A stretch of DNA of 64,000 nt, taken from contig CALWBW010000001.1 in the NCBI GenBank assembly GCA_944376195.1, forward strand, positions 17,043 to 81,042, read 5' to 3'. This document shows positions 34,140 to 44,408 of this stretch, piece by piece (the first letter of the stretch is position 1; every line of letters starts with the position of its first letter). Origin of the DNA: an uncultured Clostridia bacterium. GTDB lineage: Bacteria > Bacillota > Clostridia > Oscillospirales > QAMX01. The position numbers were made by a program, and so were the translations under genes. A model generated the notes under the pieces. The model made no database searches and had not been told where the DNA came from. It saw nothing but the letters and a program-made list of their open reading frames with translations.

Positions 34140-35117
34140 ATGCGGAGGTTTTTTTGCAGATTGCCGGTGCGTCTGCTTGCATTGATAGAGTTGTTGGCAT
34201 GTATGTGGATGCTTACGATGTCTGCTCATGTGATACAGATCAAGGAAGATGTTTCGGGAAAAATTATAGATGATGGTTTTGCTCACGTACTCGGAGGGTT
34301 GTCCTTGCCGCATACGGTAGAAGAAAAAGAGGATCCGCCAGTTATCGTTGAAGACGATTTGGAAAACGCGGATTCTGACGGGGAGATTGATTCAGGTGGG
34401 GAGGAGCCCGGTGAAACGGACGCCGAAGGAAATGAGACGGAAACACCAGTTGAAATTGTACCGGGAGGAATTCCGGAATCGGAGAGAGTAGATACCTCAT
34501 ATTTTGATGATGTGGTGTTCATTGGAGATTCTGTAAGTTTGAAATTACAGTACTATGTCCGCGACCAACGGCAAATTGATGAGACTTTTTTGGGGAAAGC
34601 GCAATTTTTAACGGCGGGGAGTTTTAGTTATATTAATGCATTGAAACCTGTGAGCGAAGAATCAGTACATCCTTCTTATCAGGGAACGAAGATGCTTTTG
34701 GAAGACTCTATCGCGGCCTGCGGCGCCAAAAAGCTTTACATTATGCTTGGCATGAATGATATTGCAGGTGGCCGGTATGATGCGACGCTTGAGAATCTGA
34801 CAACGGTGATTTCGCGAATTCTCGAAAAGAGTCCGGATGTTGTATTTTATTTCCAATCGGTTACCCCCCGTACGGCGGATTCTCAAACGACGAAGTTGAA
34901 TAATGAAATTATTCGCGGCTATAATGAACGGTTGCTGCAATATTGTGAGGATAATGGTTATTATTTTATTGATGTTTATGCGGCGCTTTGTGACGAGAAT
35001 GGAGACCTTCCGCCAGAGTATTGCAGCGATCCCAAGTCGTCGGGTGGAATGGGAATCCATTTTACCAATGCGGCTTGTGAGGCATGGTTGGATTATCTTT
35101 ATACGCATACTGCATAA
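34140..35117 (+). CDS. SGNH/GDSL-family hydrolase with N-terminal membrane anchor and acidic linker
   Basis: Block I is VVFIGDSVS, and GMNDI follows. The N-terminal hydrophobic segment is LPVRLLALIELLACMWML. The linker is rich in D and E. Confidence 0.75.
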   Translation: MRRFFCRLPVRLLALIELLACMWMLTMSAHVIQIKEDVSGKIIDDGFAHVLGGLSLPHTVEEKEDPPVIVEDDLENADSDGEIDSGGEEPGETDAEGNETETPVEIVPGGIPESERVDTSYFDDVVFIGDSVSLKLQYYVRDQRQIDETFLGKAQFLTAGSFSYINALKPVSEESVHPSYQGTKMLLEDSIAACGAKKLYIMLGMNDIAGGRYDATLENLTTVISRILEKSPDVVFYFQSVTPRTADSQTTKLNNEIIRGYNERLLQYCEDNGYYFIDVYAALCDENGDLPPEYCSDPKSSGGMGIHFTNAACEAWLDYLYTHTA

Positions 35118-35136
35118 AAAAAGGAGGGAAAATTTT

Positions 35137-35607
35137 GTGAAAAAAATAATTGCGTTTTCATTTTCATTTCTCGTTTTATTGACGATCGGATTGACAGGTT
35201 GCAGCGGCGCTTCCGAGCCGGATGTTTCTCTGTCTGAGATATTGGTAGAATTGGAAACGGCGGTTTCCATTGACGGCGCGTCGCAGATGACGGAGACAGA
35301 CCTTCTTGATTTTTACGGAATCCAGGCTTCAGATATTGCGGAACAGGCTTCCCTGATATCCATGAGTGGCATTTTCCCGGATGAAGTTATCATGATTAAA
35401 GCGCAAAACGAGGAAGCATTGAACCGGATTTGTGAAAAGTTGGATAATAGGCTTCAGGAAGTTTTAAATCAAAGTAAGAGTTATGACGCAGAGAGTTATG
35501 CCATTGCGCAAAAGTGTGCGGTCGATGTCCGGGGACTCTATATTGCACTGTTTATTTCCCCTACGCACGAGACGATGACGCAACTGTATGCTGCGCATTT
35601 TGAATAA
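35137..35607 (+). CDS. DUF4358-like lipoprotein
   Basis: GTG at 35137 lies 8 nt after AAGGAGGG. The lipobox is LLTIGLTGC. The body ...TETDLLDFYGIQASDIAEQASLISMSGIFPDEVIMIKAQNEE... matches the DUF4358 pattern from memory. Confidence 0.6.
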   Translation: MKKIIAFSFSFLVLLTIGLTGCSGASEPDVSLSEILVELETAVSIDGASQMTETDLLDFYGIQASDIAEQASLISMSGIFPDEVIMIKAQNEEALNRICEKLDNRLQEVLNQSKSYDAESYAIAQKCAVDVRGLYIALFISPTHETMTQLYAAHFE

Positions 35608-35628
35608 TTTTATCCAAAAGGAAAATGG

Positions 35629-35673
35629 AAAACCCTGCCGACTAGCCTTTTTTTGCGTGCGGCAGGGTTTTTA
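35629..35673 (+). terminator. Rho-independent terminator
   Basis: AAAACCCTGCCG / CGGCAGGGTTTT stem with a 19-nt loop, followed by T5. Confidence 0.65.
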
Positions 35674-35866
35674 CCGTATAGCAAATGGAATTGTCCATCT
35701 TGAAGAATAATTTGACTTTTACGCGGAATGGTCTGTGTGAAAGCCCGGTTATTCGTAAAATTTTATGAAAGGTGTTCACATCGTACCGGGTTTGTGGTAT
35801 CATGAACATAGGTTAGAGTGGGGAAATTAGCAGGGTTTCTAGTTGATATAGTCGGGGTATTTGCGT

Positions 35867-36724
35867 ATGGAAAATATTTTTAGTACGGCTTATAATTATC
35901 TGCGAACATTTGCCTGGGTGGATGTTCTGGATATTTTAATAGCGGCTTTTTTGATTTATCAGGTATTGAAGTTTGTTCGTGGAACCAGTGTTGAAAGTGT
36001 TTTAAGAGGTATCATCGTCTTAATTTTGGTCTATTTCCTGGCAGATTTTCTTCAGCTGAATGTGATTCATTATATCCTGGCCAATACCATGCAGATTGGG
36101 TTAGTTGCTGTATTGATTATGTTTCAACCAGAACTTCGAAAAATGTTGGAATCGCTTGGCCGCAGTAAACTTTCCACGCTTCTTCGTCGCGATGAGGATG
36201 AGACAGATATTCGTATTATGATTCGGGAAGTTGTGGATGCCTGTAGTTCCATGTCTTGGTCGCGAACTGGTGCGTTGATTGTATTTGAACGGAATAAGCC
36301 GTTGGATGAAATTTTGACGGCGGCAACAGAATTGGACGCCAAAACGACAAGTGAACTGGTGAAGAATATTTTCTTTGTAAAGGCACCACTTCACGATGGC
36401 GCAATGGTGATTCGTCAGGCCCGCATCAAAGCGGCGGGATGTGTTCTGCCTTTGACGGAAAATGAAGCGCTTCCGAAGGAACTGGGTACCAGACATCGTG
36501 CCGGCATTGGAATTACGGAGAGCTCGGACGCTGTTTCGGTGATTGTTTCAGAGGAGACCGGCGTAATTTCTGCTGCGCAGGGCGGTGCGATTCGTCGGAA
36601 TCTTTCTCCGGAAACGTTGGAAAACCTGTTAATTCATGAATTGATTGAGGAGCAGGAAAATAAGAACGAGGTCGTGGAGAAAACTCGGAACCTCTTCAAC
36701 ATTCGAAAGGGGAAGAGTAAATGA
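35867..36724 (+). CDS. cdaA: Diadenylate cyclase CdaA
   Basis: Three N-terminal TM spans, IMFQPELRKMLESLGR, and DAC-domain motifs HDGAMVI and GTRHRAGIGITE. Confidence 0.9.
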   Translation: MENIFSTAYNYLRTFAWVDVLDILIAAFLIYQVLKFVRGTSVESVLRGIIVLILVYFLADFLQLNVIHYILANTMQIGLVAVLIMFQPELRKMLESLGRSKLSTLLRRDEDETDIRIMIREVVDACSSMSWSRTGALIVFERNKPLDEILTAATELDAKTTSELVKNIFFVKAPLHDGAMVIRQARIKAAGCVLPLTENEALPKELGTRHRAGIGITESSDAVSVIVSEETGVISAAQGGAIRRNLSPETLENLLIHELIEEQENKNEVVEKTRNLFNIRKGKSK

Positions 36725-37953
36725 GAGAGTTTATCAAAAAGCATCATGTCTGGATGAAACTTTTGGCGTTTCTGCTTGCAGTCATTTTGTGGGGCATTGT
36801 TATTTATAATGAAAATCCAGAACGTACGTTGGATGTTGCCGATATACCGGTCGAAATTCTGGGTGAGTCTACATTGTTGCAGAATAGCGGACTTGTAGTT
36901 TCAGAAATTGGAAACGAGACGGTCTCCATCACGCTAAAGGGAACATTTAGTGCGTTGAGCAAGGTGGATACAAGTGATATCACAGTGCGTATGGACGTCT
37001 CCCAATATACAGAACCGGGAGAAGATTCGATTTCCTATGAAGTCAGCTTTCCGGATGGTGTGACAATTGAAGACCGTAGGCCGCGCCTGATCCCGATTGT
37101 GGTGGAGGAAATTGTGGAAAAGGAACTTCCGGTTCGCGTGGTGTATGAAAATCAACTCCCCGATGGTATTTCTGTGGATGAAGCAACCGTAGAGCCTTCG
37201 GTTGTAAGAGTTTCCGGTACGTCCAGCATGATGGAAAAGGCTGCCTACGCGTTGGTGACGCTGGACGCTTCGGAGCTGACATCGGATTATTCCGGCGAAT
37301 GTGAGTATAGCGTAATTGATGAAGAAGGAAATGTACTGACTTCTGAGTTCACACGTTATGTTGACAGAACCGTTCAAGTGGATGTTCCGGTATATTTAAC
37401 GAAAACTATTCCGGTAGAAGTTAGCATTGTAGCGAGTGCTGGCGTGCCGAAGACCAGTGTTGTAACCACATACGAACCGCAGGAAATTACAGTATATGGA
37501 CATGCAGAGGATGTTTCTGCGTTAAAATCCATAAAATTAGGTGAAGTGAATGTGCGAGACTTTGTGCTTACCTATGACGATGAGTTTGCACTTACGCTTC
37601 CGGAAGGTGTGAGTTTTGTTGGAGATCCGGTTGAGACGGTGAATGTGCATATCTCTCTTCGAGGGATTGATACCACCCAGGTGACAGTGACAAGCATCTC
37701 CTTAGAAAATGTGCCGGAAACGGCGGAAATCGATTTGGAGACGACCAACCTGGAGATTATGGTACGTAGCCAGACAGACAAGTTGAAATCGGTTGATCCA
37801 AGCACATTCCGTGCAACGGTAGACTTTACCGATCTGGATTTGGTAGAAGGGCGCCAAATGGTGCCGGTAACAGTACGGTCCAGTATAGGTGGATATGATG
37901 TGTGTGGAACGTATAGTGTAATTATCAATGTTATCAGCACGGGAGAGAGGTAA
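36721..37953 (+). CDS. cdaR: CdaA regulatory protein CdaR (YbbR-domain repeats)
   Basis: 4-nt overlap with cdaA, an N-terminal TM span, and repeated beta-rich YbbR-like modules (...VEILGE..., ...VRVSGTSS..., ...ITVYGHAEDV...). Confidence 0.8.
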   Translation: MREFIKKHHVWMKLLAFLLAVILWGIVIYNENPERTLDVADIPVEILGESTLLQNSGLVVSEIGNETVSITLKGTFSALSKVDTSDITVRMDVSQYTEPGEDSISYEVSFPDGVTIEDRRPRLIPIVVEEIVEKELPVRVVYENQLPDGISVDEATVEPSVVRVSGTSSMMEKAAYALVTLDASELTSDYSGECEYSVIDEEGNVLTSEFTRYVDRTVQVDVPVYLTKTIPVEVSIVASAGVPKTSVVTTYEPQEITVYGHAEDVSALKSIKLGEVNVRDFVLTYDDEFALTLPEGVSFVGDPVETVNVHISLRGIDTTQVTVTSISLENVPETAEIDLETTNLEIMVRSQTDKLKSVDPSTFRATVDFTDLDLVEGRQMVPVTVRSSIGGYDVCGTYSVIINVISTGER

Positions 37954-37962
37954 GACAGCTTT

Positions 37963-38376
37963 TTGAAACAGGAAGCAAAAGTGGTGCGCGGCGGTACGAT
38001 TGCCCGCGTGATGGTGCTGCGTAGCTCCGCCTGTACGGGCGATTGTGAGGGCTGCGGGTTTTGTGAGGCAGGGCAGCCGCTTTATGTGGATGCTTATAAT
38101 CCATCCGGTGCGCAGGGTGGACAGACTGTAGTCGTGGAAACCGAGACAAATACGGTTATGTTATCTGCGGTGCTGGTGTACCTTTTGCCGCTGATTGTCT
38201 TTCTGGTGGTGTATTTTGCTGTTCAAGCAATCAGCACGGGAGAATATGTGCCGATTGCTTGTGCGTCCGGTAGTTTTGTACTCTCTTTTCTTGTTGCAAG
38301 GGGGTATAACAAGAAAAAAGCAGGCAGGCCAGCCTGTACGGTTGTGGAAATTCGGGATAACGGCGAACAGGGGTGA
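37963..38376 (+). CDS. RseC/MucC-family (SoxR-reducing system) membrane protein
   Basis: The N-terminal Cys cluster is SSACTGDCEGCGFCEAG, followed by two TM spans (VMLSAVLVYLLPLIVFLVVYF and ACASGSFVLSFLVA). The TTG start is uncertain. Confidence 0.6.
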   Translation: MKQEAKVVRGGTIARVMVLRSSACTGDCEGCGFCEAGQPLYVDAYNPSGAQGGQTVVVETETNTVMLSAVLVYLLPLIVFLVVYFAVQAISTGEYVPIACASGSFVLSFLVARGYNKKKAGRPACTVVEIRDNGEQG

Positions 38377-38383
38377 CAAGAGC

Positions 38384-39268
38384 GTGTTTGGATATGTTCG
38401 GCCATATAAACCGGAAATGAAAGTCCGGGATTTTGAGAGTTTTCGCGCGATGTATTGCGGCCTTTGCCACACGCTGAAGCTTCGTTATGGCGTGGGAAGC
38501 AGGATGCTTTTGAGCTATGACATGTGCTTTTTGGCAATTTTAATGGCTGGTGTGACAGGCTGTGGTATTAAAACGTGTCAAAAACGTTGTGCGGCGGCAT
38601 TGTTTCAAAAACGGGCGTGTGTTCGAGAAGATTTGGCGCTTGATTTTGCTGCAGATTGCTCTGTGATACTAACCTATTGGAAGTTATGCGACAGTGTGCA
38701 AGACGAACACGGGATGCGGGTATTGGGCGCCAAATGGGGCGCTTGGTTTCTGCGCCGAAAATACCGAAAGGCTTCCGACCGGCTCCCGGATTTTGCAAAA
38801 GCAGTGGAACAAGGAATTCACAGGCTCGATGCGCTGGAACGGGAAAATGTCCCTTCGCTGGATCGGGCAGCCGACGCTTTTGCCTCTATCATGCGGGAGG
38901 CAGCTGCTGGTCTTCCGGAAGAAAAAATTCGTCGTCCGGTGGAACAGATTTTATATCATATCGGCAGATGGGTTTATATCACCGATGCCTGGGATGATTT
39001 AGAGGATGATTTGAAAAGCGGAAGTTATAATGCGATTGTTGCCCGCTTTGCGGTCACAACCGCCGATGGCCTTGCCGAGGCGAAAGAGGCGGTACGCTTG
39101 ACACTTTTGCAGTCCGCGCAGACGGCTGCGGCGGCTTCGGAGCTTCTGGATTTGGGCAGGAGTGACCCGGTAGTTAAGAATATTTTATACATGGGGCTTC
39201 CGGCTATGGCGGAGTCCGTGATGGAAGGTACAACAAAACAAAGGAGTTCAAGGCATGGATCCATATAA
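38384..39268 (+). CDS. DUF5685-like protein
   Basis: GTG at 38384, 8 nt after the RseC-like stop. The N-terminus [35 protein letters not shown] matches the DUF5685 signature as I recall it. The track start at 38195 lies inside the upstream gene. Confidence 0.6.
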   Translation: MFGYVRPYKPEMKVRDFESFRAMYCGLCHTLKLRYGVGSRMLLSYDMCFLAILMAGVTGCGIKTCQKRCAAALFQKRACVREDLALDFAADCSVILTYWKLCDSVQDEHGMRVLGAKWGAWFLRRKYRKASDRLPDFAKAVEQGIHRLDALERENVPSLDRAADAFASIMREAAAGLPEEKIRRPVEQILYHIGRWVYITDAWDDLEDDLKSGSYNAIVARFAVTTADGLAEAKEAVRLTLLQSAQTAAAASELLDLGRSDPVVKNILYMGLPAMAESVMEGTTKQRSSRHGSI

Positions 39269-39860
39269 AGTGTTGGGTATTTCACCGAATGCCAGCGATG
39301 ATGAAGTAAAAAAAGCGTATCGGGAACTGGCACGAAAATACCACCCGGACAATTATGTCAATAATCCGCTTGCTGATTTGGCGCAAGAGAAGATGAAGGA
39401 AATTAATGAGGCGTATGATATGATTACCAAGCAGCGGTCTTCCGGATCTTCAGCCGGCAGGTCGCAGGGGACATATTCCTCATCTTATACACAAAATACG
39501 GGAAGCCCGGCCTTTGCGCGAGTCCGTCAATTGATTATGTCGGGAAATTTAGATGCGGCGGAGCAAGAGCTTTCATCGTCGTCGGACCACGGAGCGGAAT
39601 GGCATTTTTTGATGGGCAGTATTTATTTGCGGCGCGGCTGGTATGATGAGGCACGCCGGTATTTCCAAAACGCTTGCAGCATGGATCCAAACAACATGGA
39701 ATATCGTATGGCTCTTCAGAATATGAACAATACAACTGCCTATTACAATCAAAACCGTGGCGTGACAAACGGAGCCGGATTTTGTGATGTCTGTTCCTCT
39801 TTGCTCGTCGCTGATTGTTGCTGTGAATGCATGGGCGGCGACCTGATTCCCTGTTGCTGA
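39255..39860 (+). CDS. J-domain protein with TPR-like middle region and C-terminal cysteine string
   Basis: The J domain is [32 protein letters not shown]. The middle is TPR-like, [32 protein letters not shown]. The C-terminus is [27 protein letters not shown]. It overlaps the upstream gene by 14 nt. Confidence 0.85.
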   Translation: MDPYKVLGISPNASDDEVKKAYRELARKYHPDNYVNNPLADLAQEKMKEINEAYDMITKQRSSGSSAGRSQGTYSSSYTQNTGSPAFARVRQLIMSGNLDAAEQELSSSSDHGAEWHFLMGSIYLRRGWYDEARRYFQNACSMDPNNMEYRMALQNMNNTTAYYNQNRGVTNGAGFCDVCSSLLVADCCCECMGGDLIPCC

Positions 39861-39864
39861 GCCT

Positions 39865-40377
39865 ATGAATCAAAAAACGAGAAAGATAACAGCCGCTGCT
39901 TTTATGACGGCTGTTACTGTAGTGTTGGTATATTTGGCACAAATTGTGCCGACAATGAAACTTTCCCTTGTAGCAATAGCCGGCGTTGCGGCTGCGTTGA
40001 TTGTTGCGGAACATGGCCCGGTTTATGGAATGCTGTGTTATGCGGCGTCTTCGGTCTTGGTCATGCTGTTGTCGCCGGCATCCGGTTGGCTGTATGTCGC
40101 TTTTTTTGGCTGGTATCCAACTGTAAAATGTTTGGTGGAGCGGATTAACCGCTTGGCGATCGAATGGATTTGCAAGCTGGCGGCCTTTAATGCGGCGTTT
40201 TTGTTGCTCTGGTTTTTGCTGCCTGCTATTTTTGCGGAAATAGTGCCCAAGTTGGCAAATGTTTTTGGGATCCTTTTTTTAGCGGGGAATGTGGCATTTG
40301 TGGTGTTTGATATTGGCTTATCCAGGCTTTTAACGTATTATATTCGCGTGATACTTCCCAAAATACAAAAGAAGTAA
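39865..40377 (+). CDS. Small multi-pass membrane protein, unknown function
   Basis: 170 aa with about 5 hydrophobic spans. It starts 4 nt after the J-protein stop. Confidence 0.55.
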   Translation: MNQKTRKITAAAFMTAVTVVLVYLAQIVPTMKLSLVAIAGVAAALIVAEHGPVYGMLCYAASSVLVMLLSPASGWLYVAFFGWYPTVKCLVERINRLAIEWICKLAAFNAAFLLLWFLLPAIFAEIVPKLANVFGILFLAGNVAFVVFDIGLSRLLTYYIRVILPKIQKK

Positions 40378-40388
40378 GAGGTTCTGAC

Positions 40389-41267
40389 ATGATAAAAAGC
40401 ATGACGGGGTATGGAAGGGCCGTGAAAGAGCTCCACGGCAGAACAATTACCGTAGAGGTTAAAAGTGTGAATCATCGCTACTTTGACTGCACGGTGAAAA
40501 CGGCACGGGTATATTCTTTTCTTGAAGATGCAGTAAAAAAAACAGCACAAAATTATGTTTCACGCGGGAAATTAGACGTTTATGTTTCCTTGGATGATAC
40601 GGCCTCGGATGATGTGGAAGTGGTGTTTCATCAGAATGTTTTTGAGGCTTATTATAACGCAATGAAGGAAATGGCGGAACGTTATTCTCTGCGGGATGAT
40701 ATTTCCGTGACGGCTCTGGGCAGATATCCCGAAGTGTTTTCGGTTGGGAAAAAGGAAGCCGACGCTGAGGAACTGCGCGAGGATGTACTTGCTGTAACAC
40801 GGGAAGCGTTGCTGGAATTTGGCGCGATGCGTGAGCGTGAAGGCCTTCGTATGTATGAGGATGTTTCCGCACGTGGTGCGGAAATCGGGCGCATGGTGGA
40901 TGAAATTGCCGCTCGCTCTCCGCAGTTGGTTGTGGAATATCGCGAGCGGATAACCCAGCGCATACGGGAGATCCTGGATGGTGTTCAGCCGGATGAAAGC
41001 CGGTTGTTAACGGAAGCTGCTCTGTTTGCGGATCGTACGGCGATTGATGAAGAACTTGTGCGTTTGAAGAGCCATCTTTCGCAATTGGAGGAAATGCTGC
41101 AGGCAGAGATTCCGGTTGGCCGAAAATTGGATTTTTTGGTTCAGGAAATGAATCGGGAGGCCAACACGATTGGTTCCAAGGCCAATGACCTTGCAATCAC
41201 CCGCATGGTTGTGGATATGAAAGCAGAAATTGAAAAAATTCGGGAGCAGATTCAAAACGTTGAATGA
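40389..41267 (+). CDS. yicC: YicC/YloC-family stress-induced protein
   Basis: The N-terminus is MIKSMTGYGR, and the C-terminal motif is LVQEMNREANTIGSKAND. Confidence 0.9.
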   Translation: MIKSMTGYGRAVKELHGRTITVEVKSVNHRYFDCTVKTARVYSFLEDAVKKTAQNYVSRGKLDVYVSLDDTASDDVEVVFHQNVFEAYYNAMKEMAERYSLRDDISVTALGRYPEVFSVGKKEADAEELREDVLAVTREALLEFGAMREREGLRMYEDVSARGAEIGRMVDEIAARSPQLVVEYRERITQRIREILDGVQPDESRLLTEAALFADRTAIDEELVRLKSHLSQLEEMLQAEIPVGRKLDFLVQEMNREANTIGSKANDLAITRMVVDMKAEIEKIREQIQNVE

Positions 41268-41276
41268 GGTGGAAAG

Positions 41277-41555
41277 ATGAAGCTAATCAATATTGGATTT
41301 GGCAATATGGTATCGGCTAACAGACTGGTGGCGATTGTCAGCCCGGAATCCGCTCCGATCAAACGAATTGTACAGGAAGCCAAGGACCGGGGTGTATGTA
41401 TTGATGCGACTTATGGGCGCAGAACGCGTGCGGTCATCATTACAGATTCGGGGCATGTTGTGCTCTCGGCGATTCAGCCGGAAACAGTTGCCAATCGACT
41501 GTATGATCGTGCGGATGCGCAAGACGATGATCCGGAAGAACTCGAAGAGGAATAA
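41277..41555 (+). CDS. remA: RemA/YlzA (DUF370) family regulator
   Basis: [39 protein letters not shown] is a near-canonical RemA N-terminus. Confidence 0.9.
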   Translation: MKLINIGFGNMVSANRLVAIVSPESAPIKRIVQEAKDRGVCIDATYGRRTRAVIITDSGHVVLSAIQPETVANRLYDRADAQDDDPEELEEE

Positions 41556-41630
41556 GCGGCGTTTTTGAACACAAAAATTTTGAAAAACGGCTTGACGCCA
41601 GGGAATATTGTAGTAAGGAGCAGATAGAGA

Positions 41631-41954
41631 ATGAAACATAATGGCAGTATGTTGGACCCTTCTATGGGGGAATTAAAGGCACATATTAATAACCGGTATT
41701 TGTTGGTGAATGTAACCGCGCAGCTGGCTCGAGAGATTTCTCAGAAGGCGGAAGAAGAGGAACTAACGCTGGATAATAAACCTGTTACGATTGCACTGCA
41801 TGAAATTGCCGATGGGGAAGTGGTTTTAGTAAAAGATACCCCAAAAGAGTCTAATGAGGAAGAAACCAAGGAAACTTCAGAAGATCTTGAGCGTGCAGAA
41901 AGCGTTGCAGTTCCTGAAGAAGAAACGGACAGCGCGGAGCAGGAGCAGTTGTAA
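41631..41954 (+). CDS. rpoZ: DNA-directed RNA polymerase subunit omega with an acidic C-terminal extension
   Basis: NNRYLLVNVTAQLAREISQ is omega-like and sits directly upstream of priA. The tail is rich in E, D and S. The start could be 41631 or 41649. Confidence 0.75.
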   Translation: MKHNGSMLDPSMGELKAHINNRYLLVNVTAQLAREISQKAEEEELTLDNKPVTIALHEIADGEVVLVKDTPKESNEEETKETSEDLERAESVAVPEEETDSAEQEQL

Positions 41955-41956
41955 TT

Positions 41957-44395
41957 TTGTCTGAGAATGTGGTGGTTCGCGTCGCGGTTGACGTCGCGCT
42001 TCCGTCGATAGACCGGCTATATGACTACCGGGTTCCGGTAAAATTGCAGGGGAAAATTTGCCGCGGTGTTCGTGTCGTTATACCGTTTGGTAGGGGAAAT
42101 CGCCGGAAGGAAGGCATGATTTTAGCTGTAACAGATCAGTCGGATTATCAGAAACTGAAATATCTGGACGATGTACTCGACGAGACGCCTGTGCTTGATG
42201 AGAGTCTATTAAAGCTTGCCGTTCACCTTCGTGAGCGGCTCAACTGTACTTTTTACGCGATTGTGCGTTCCATGCTTCCGGCGGGACTATGGTTCCGCCG
42301 CGAAATTCTTTATGTACCCGTGGAGGGCGCGTTTTCAAACGGTGCGGATGATCCGGTTTTGCAAAAACTGTCTGATCACTTTTCTGCACATCCGGGAGCT
42401 TTGACGGAGCGAAAACTTCGCGCTCTTTTGGGAACGGAAGAAAAAGCAGAAACCTTAGTGGCACGCGGAATCCTCAACCGTGTGGAACATTTTCAACCGG
42501 CGGCATCGGAAAAAACTGATTTTGTTTATTTTTTAACTGAAAAGGGTTTTGCTACTGTGGCGGATGGCGCCTGTACGCTGAAAGGACCGGTGCGCTGCGA
42601 AGTGATTTCCTTTCTTGCGCATACGGAGCGTGCCGGCTTGCATGAAATTTCGTATTATACCGGAGCTTCTCGTACAACGGTTGCTGCGTTATATAAAGAG
42701 GGGTATTTGGATCGGGAAGAACGGCGTGTGTTGCGCCGTCCGGAAACAGATGTGTATCTCGGTACTCCAGTGCAGCTGAATGCGGAACAGGAACGCGCGG
42801 TTGCTGGTATATCAGATCTTCTTACAGCAGGAAAGTTTGCAGCAGCACTCCTTTTTGGCGTAACAGGCAGCGGTAAGACAGAGGTGTATATTAAGCTGAT
42901 TGCCGCAGTGCTTGCAAAGGGGAGCGGTGTCATTGTTCTGGTGCCGGAGATTGCGTTGACCCCTCAGATGACCTCCCGATTTTATCATGAGTTCGGTGAT
43001 GAAGTTGCCGTGATACACAGCGGACTTTCTGTTGGCGAACGGCTTGACGAGTGGGAGCGGATTCGAGAAGGTGCCGTGCATATCGTGGTTGGCACACGCA
43101 GTGCGGTTTTTGCGCCTGTTGTGAATCTGGGCCTGATCATCATAGATGAGGAACATGAACATACGTTTCATTCAGAAAACGATCCGCGTTACCATGCACG
43201 CGAAGTGGCAAAATATCGTTGCCGTGCAGCGAATGCAGTGTTGCTTCTGGGATCTGCAACGCCCTCCATTGATACTGCGTATGCTGCCAAAATGGGGGAG
43301 TATGCATATTTTGCGTTGACACAGCGGGCTGTTTCTACAGGATTGCCCCAAGTGATTGTTTCTGACCGGCGTGAATCGTATCGAGCCGGGTATCGTGGCT
43401 GTCTGGGATTGGAATTGACGGAGATGCTTGCATGTACGTTGGAAAACCAGGAGCAGGCTATTTTGTTTTTAAATCGGCGTGGCGCTTCTCGCAGCCTCTC
43501 CTGTATGGCTTGCGGCTATGTGCCGCAGTGCGTCAATTGTTCCACTGCCCTGGCCTATCATCGTGAAAACAGCAGGTTGATTTGCCACCAATGCGGATAT
43601 TCTACAAAACTGCCCCAGTCCTGTCCTGCATGCGGAAGCCCTTATTTGGAACCAATCGGCTTTGGAACGCAGGCGTTGGAAGAAGAATTGCATATCCATT
43701 TTCCAAAAGCGCGTGTGATCCGAATGGATTCCGACACCGTTTCCGGTCGGGGCGCGCACTTGGAACTGCTCGGACGTTTTGCCGCCGGGGAAGCGGATAT
43801 TCTGATTGGGACGCAAATGGTTGCAAAAGGCTTGAATTTTCCCAATGTCACGCTTTCCGCTGTGGTGGACGCGGATATGAGTTTATATACGGGGGATTTT
43901 CGCAGTGCCGAACGAACATTTTCGCTGATTACCCAGGTGGCGGGACGTGCGGGACGTGCAGAGAAACCCGGGTTTGCCGTAATTCAGACCCTGTCGCCGC
44001 AAAATGATGTCATTGAAACGGCGGCACATCAGGATTATTGGGCATTTTATGAAAAGGAATTGGCTCTGCGGCAGGCGTTGCGGCAGCCGCCGTTTTACCG
44101 GATGGTACAGCTTACACTCTCATCACCGGTAGAAAACGACGTGTGGCATGGCGCGCGCCGTCTTGCTGCGCGAATTCGGGCCTTGCTGGAAGGTCCCTAT
44201 GCAGATCTGGAAGCGGATTTGCTGGGACCAGCCGAAGCACCGATTTTTAAATTAAACAACCGCTACCGGTATACTCTGACGCTCCGTTGTAAAGATTCAC
44301 GCCGGCAACGCACCTTTTTGACCGGCATTTTGTTGGAGTTTTCCAGAGATGGGGCCAATCGAACTATATCAATTTATTCAGATATCTATTTGTAG
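41957..44395 (+). CDS. priA: Primosomal protein N' (replication restart helicase PriA)
   Basis: Walker A GVTGSGKTE, DEEH box IIDEEHE, and Cys-rich zinc motifs CMACGYVPQCVNCS...CHQCGY...CPACGS. TTG start. Confidence 0.95.
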   Translation: MSENVVVRVAVDVALPSIDRLYDYRVPVKLQGKICRGVRVVIPFGRGNRRKEGMILAVTDQSDYQKLKYLDDVLDETPVLDESLLKLAVHLRERLNCTFYAIVRSMLPAGLWFRREILYVPVEGAFSNGADDPVLQKLSDHFSAHPGALTERKLRALLGTEEKAETLVARGILNRVEHFQPAASEKTDFVYFLTEKGFATVADGACTLKGPVRCEVISFLAHTERAGLHEISYYTGASRTTVAALYKEGYLDREERRVLRRPETDVYLGTPVQLNAEQERAVAGISDLLTAGKFAAALLFGVTGSGKTEVYIKLIAAVLAKGSGVIVLVPEIALTPQMTSRFYHEFGDEVAVIHSGLSVGERLDEWERIREGAVHIVVGTRSAVFAPVVNLGLIIIDEEHEHTFHSENDPRYHAREVAKYRCRAANAVLLLGSATPSIDTAYAAKMGEYAYFALTQRAVSTGLPQVIVSDRRESYRAGYRGCLGLELTEMLACTLENQEQAILFLNRRGASRSLSCMACGYVPQCVNCSTALAYHRENSRLICHQCGYSTKLPQSCPACGSPYLEPIGFGTQALEEELHIHFPKARVIRMDSDTVSGRGAHLELLGRFAAGEADILIGTQMVAKGLNFPNVTLSAVVDADMSLYTGDFRSAERTFSLITQVAGRAGRAEKPGFAVIQTLSPQNDVIETAAHQDYWAFYEKELALRQALRQPPFYRMVQLTLSSPVENDVWHGARRLAARIRALLEGPYADLEADLLGPAEAPIFKLNNRYRYTLTLRCKDSRRQRTFLTGILLEFSRDGANRTISIYSDIYL

Positions 44396-44408
44396 AGGAA
44401 GGGATAAA

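Noticed and set aside
35767-35832. 21-codon ORF MKGVHIVPGLWYHEHRLEWGN upstream of cdaA
   Set aside because: It has no Shine-Dalgarno sequence, and it overlaps the likely cdaA promoter (TGgTATCAT).
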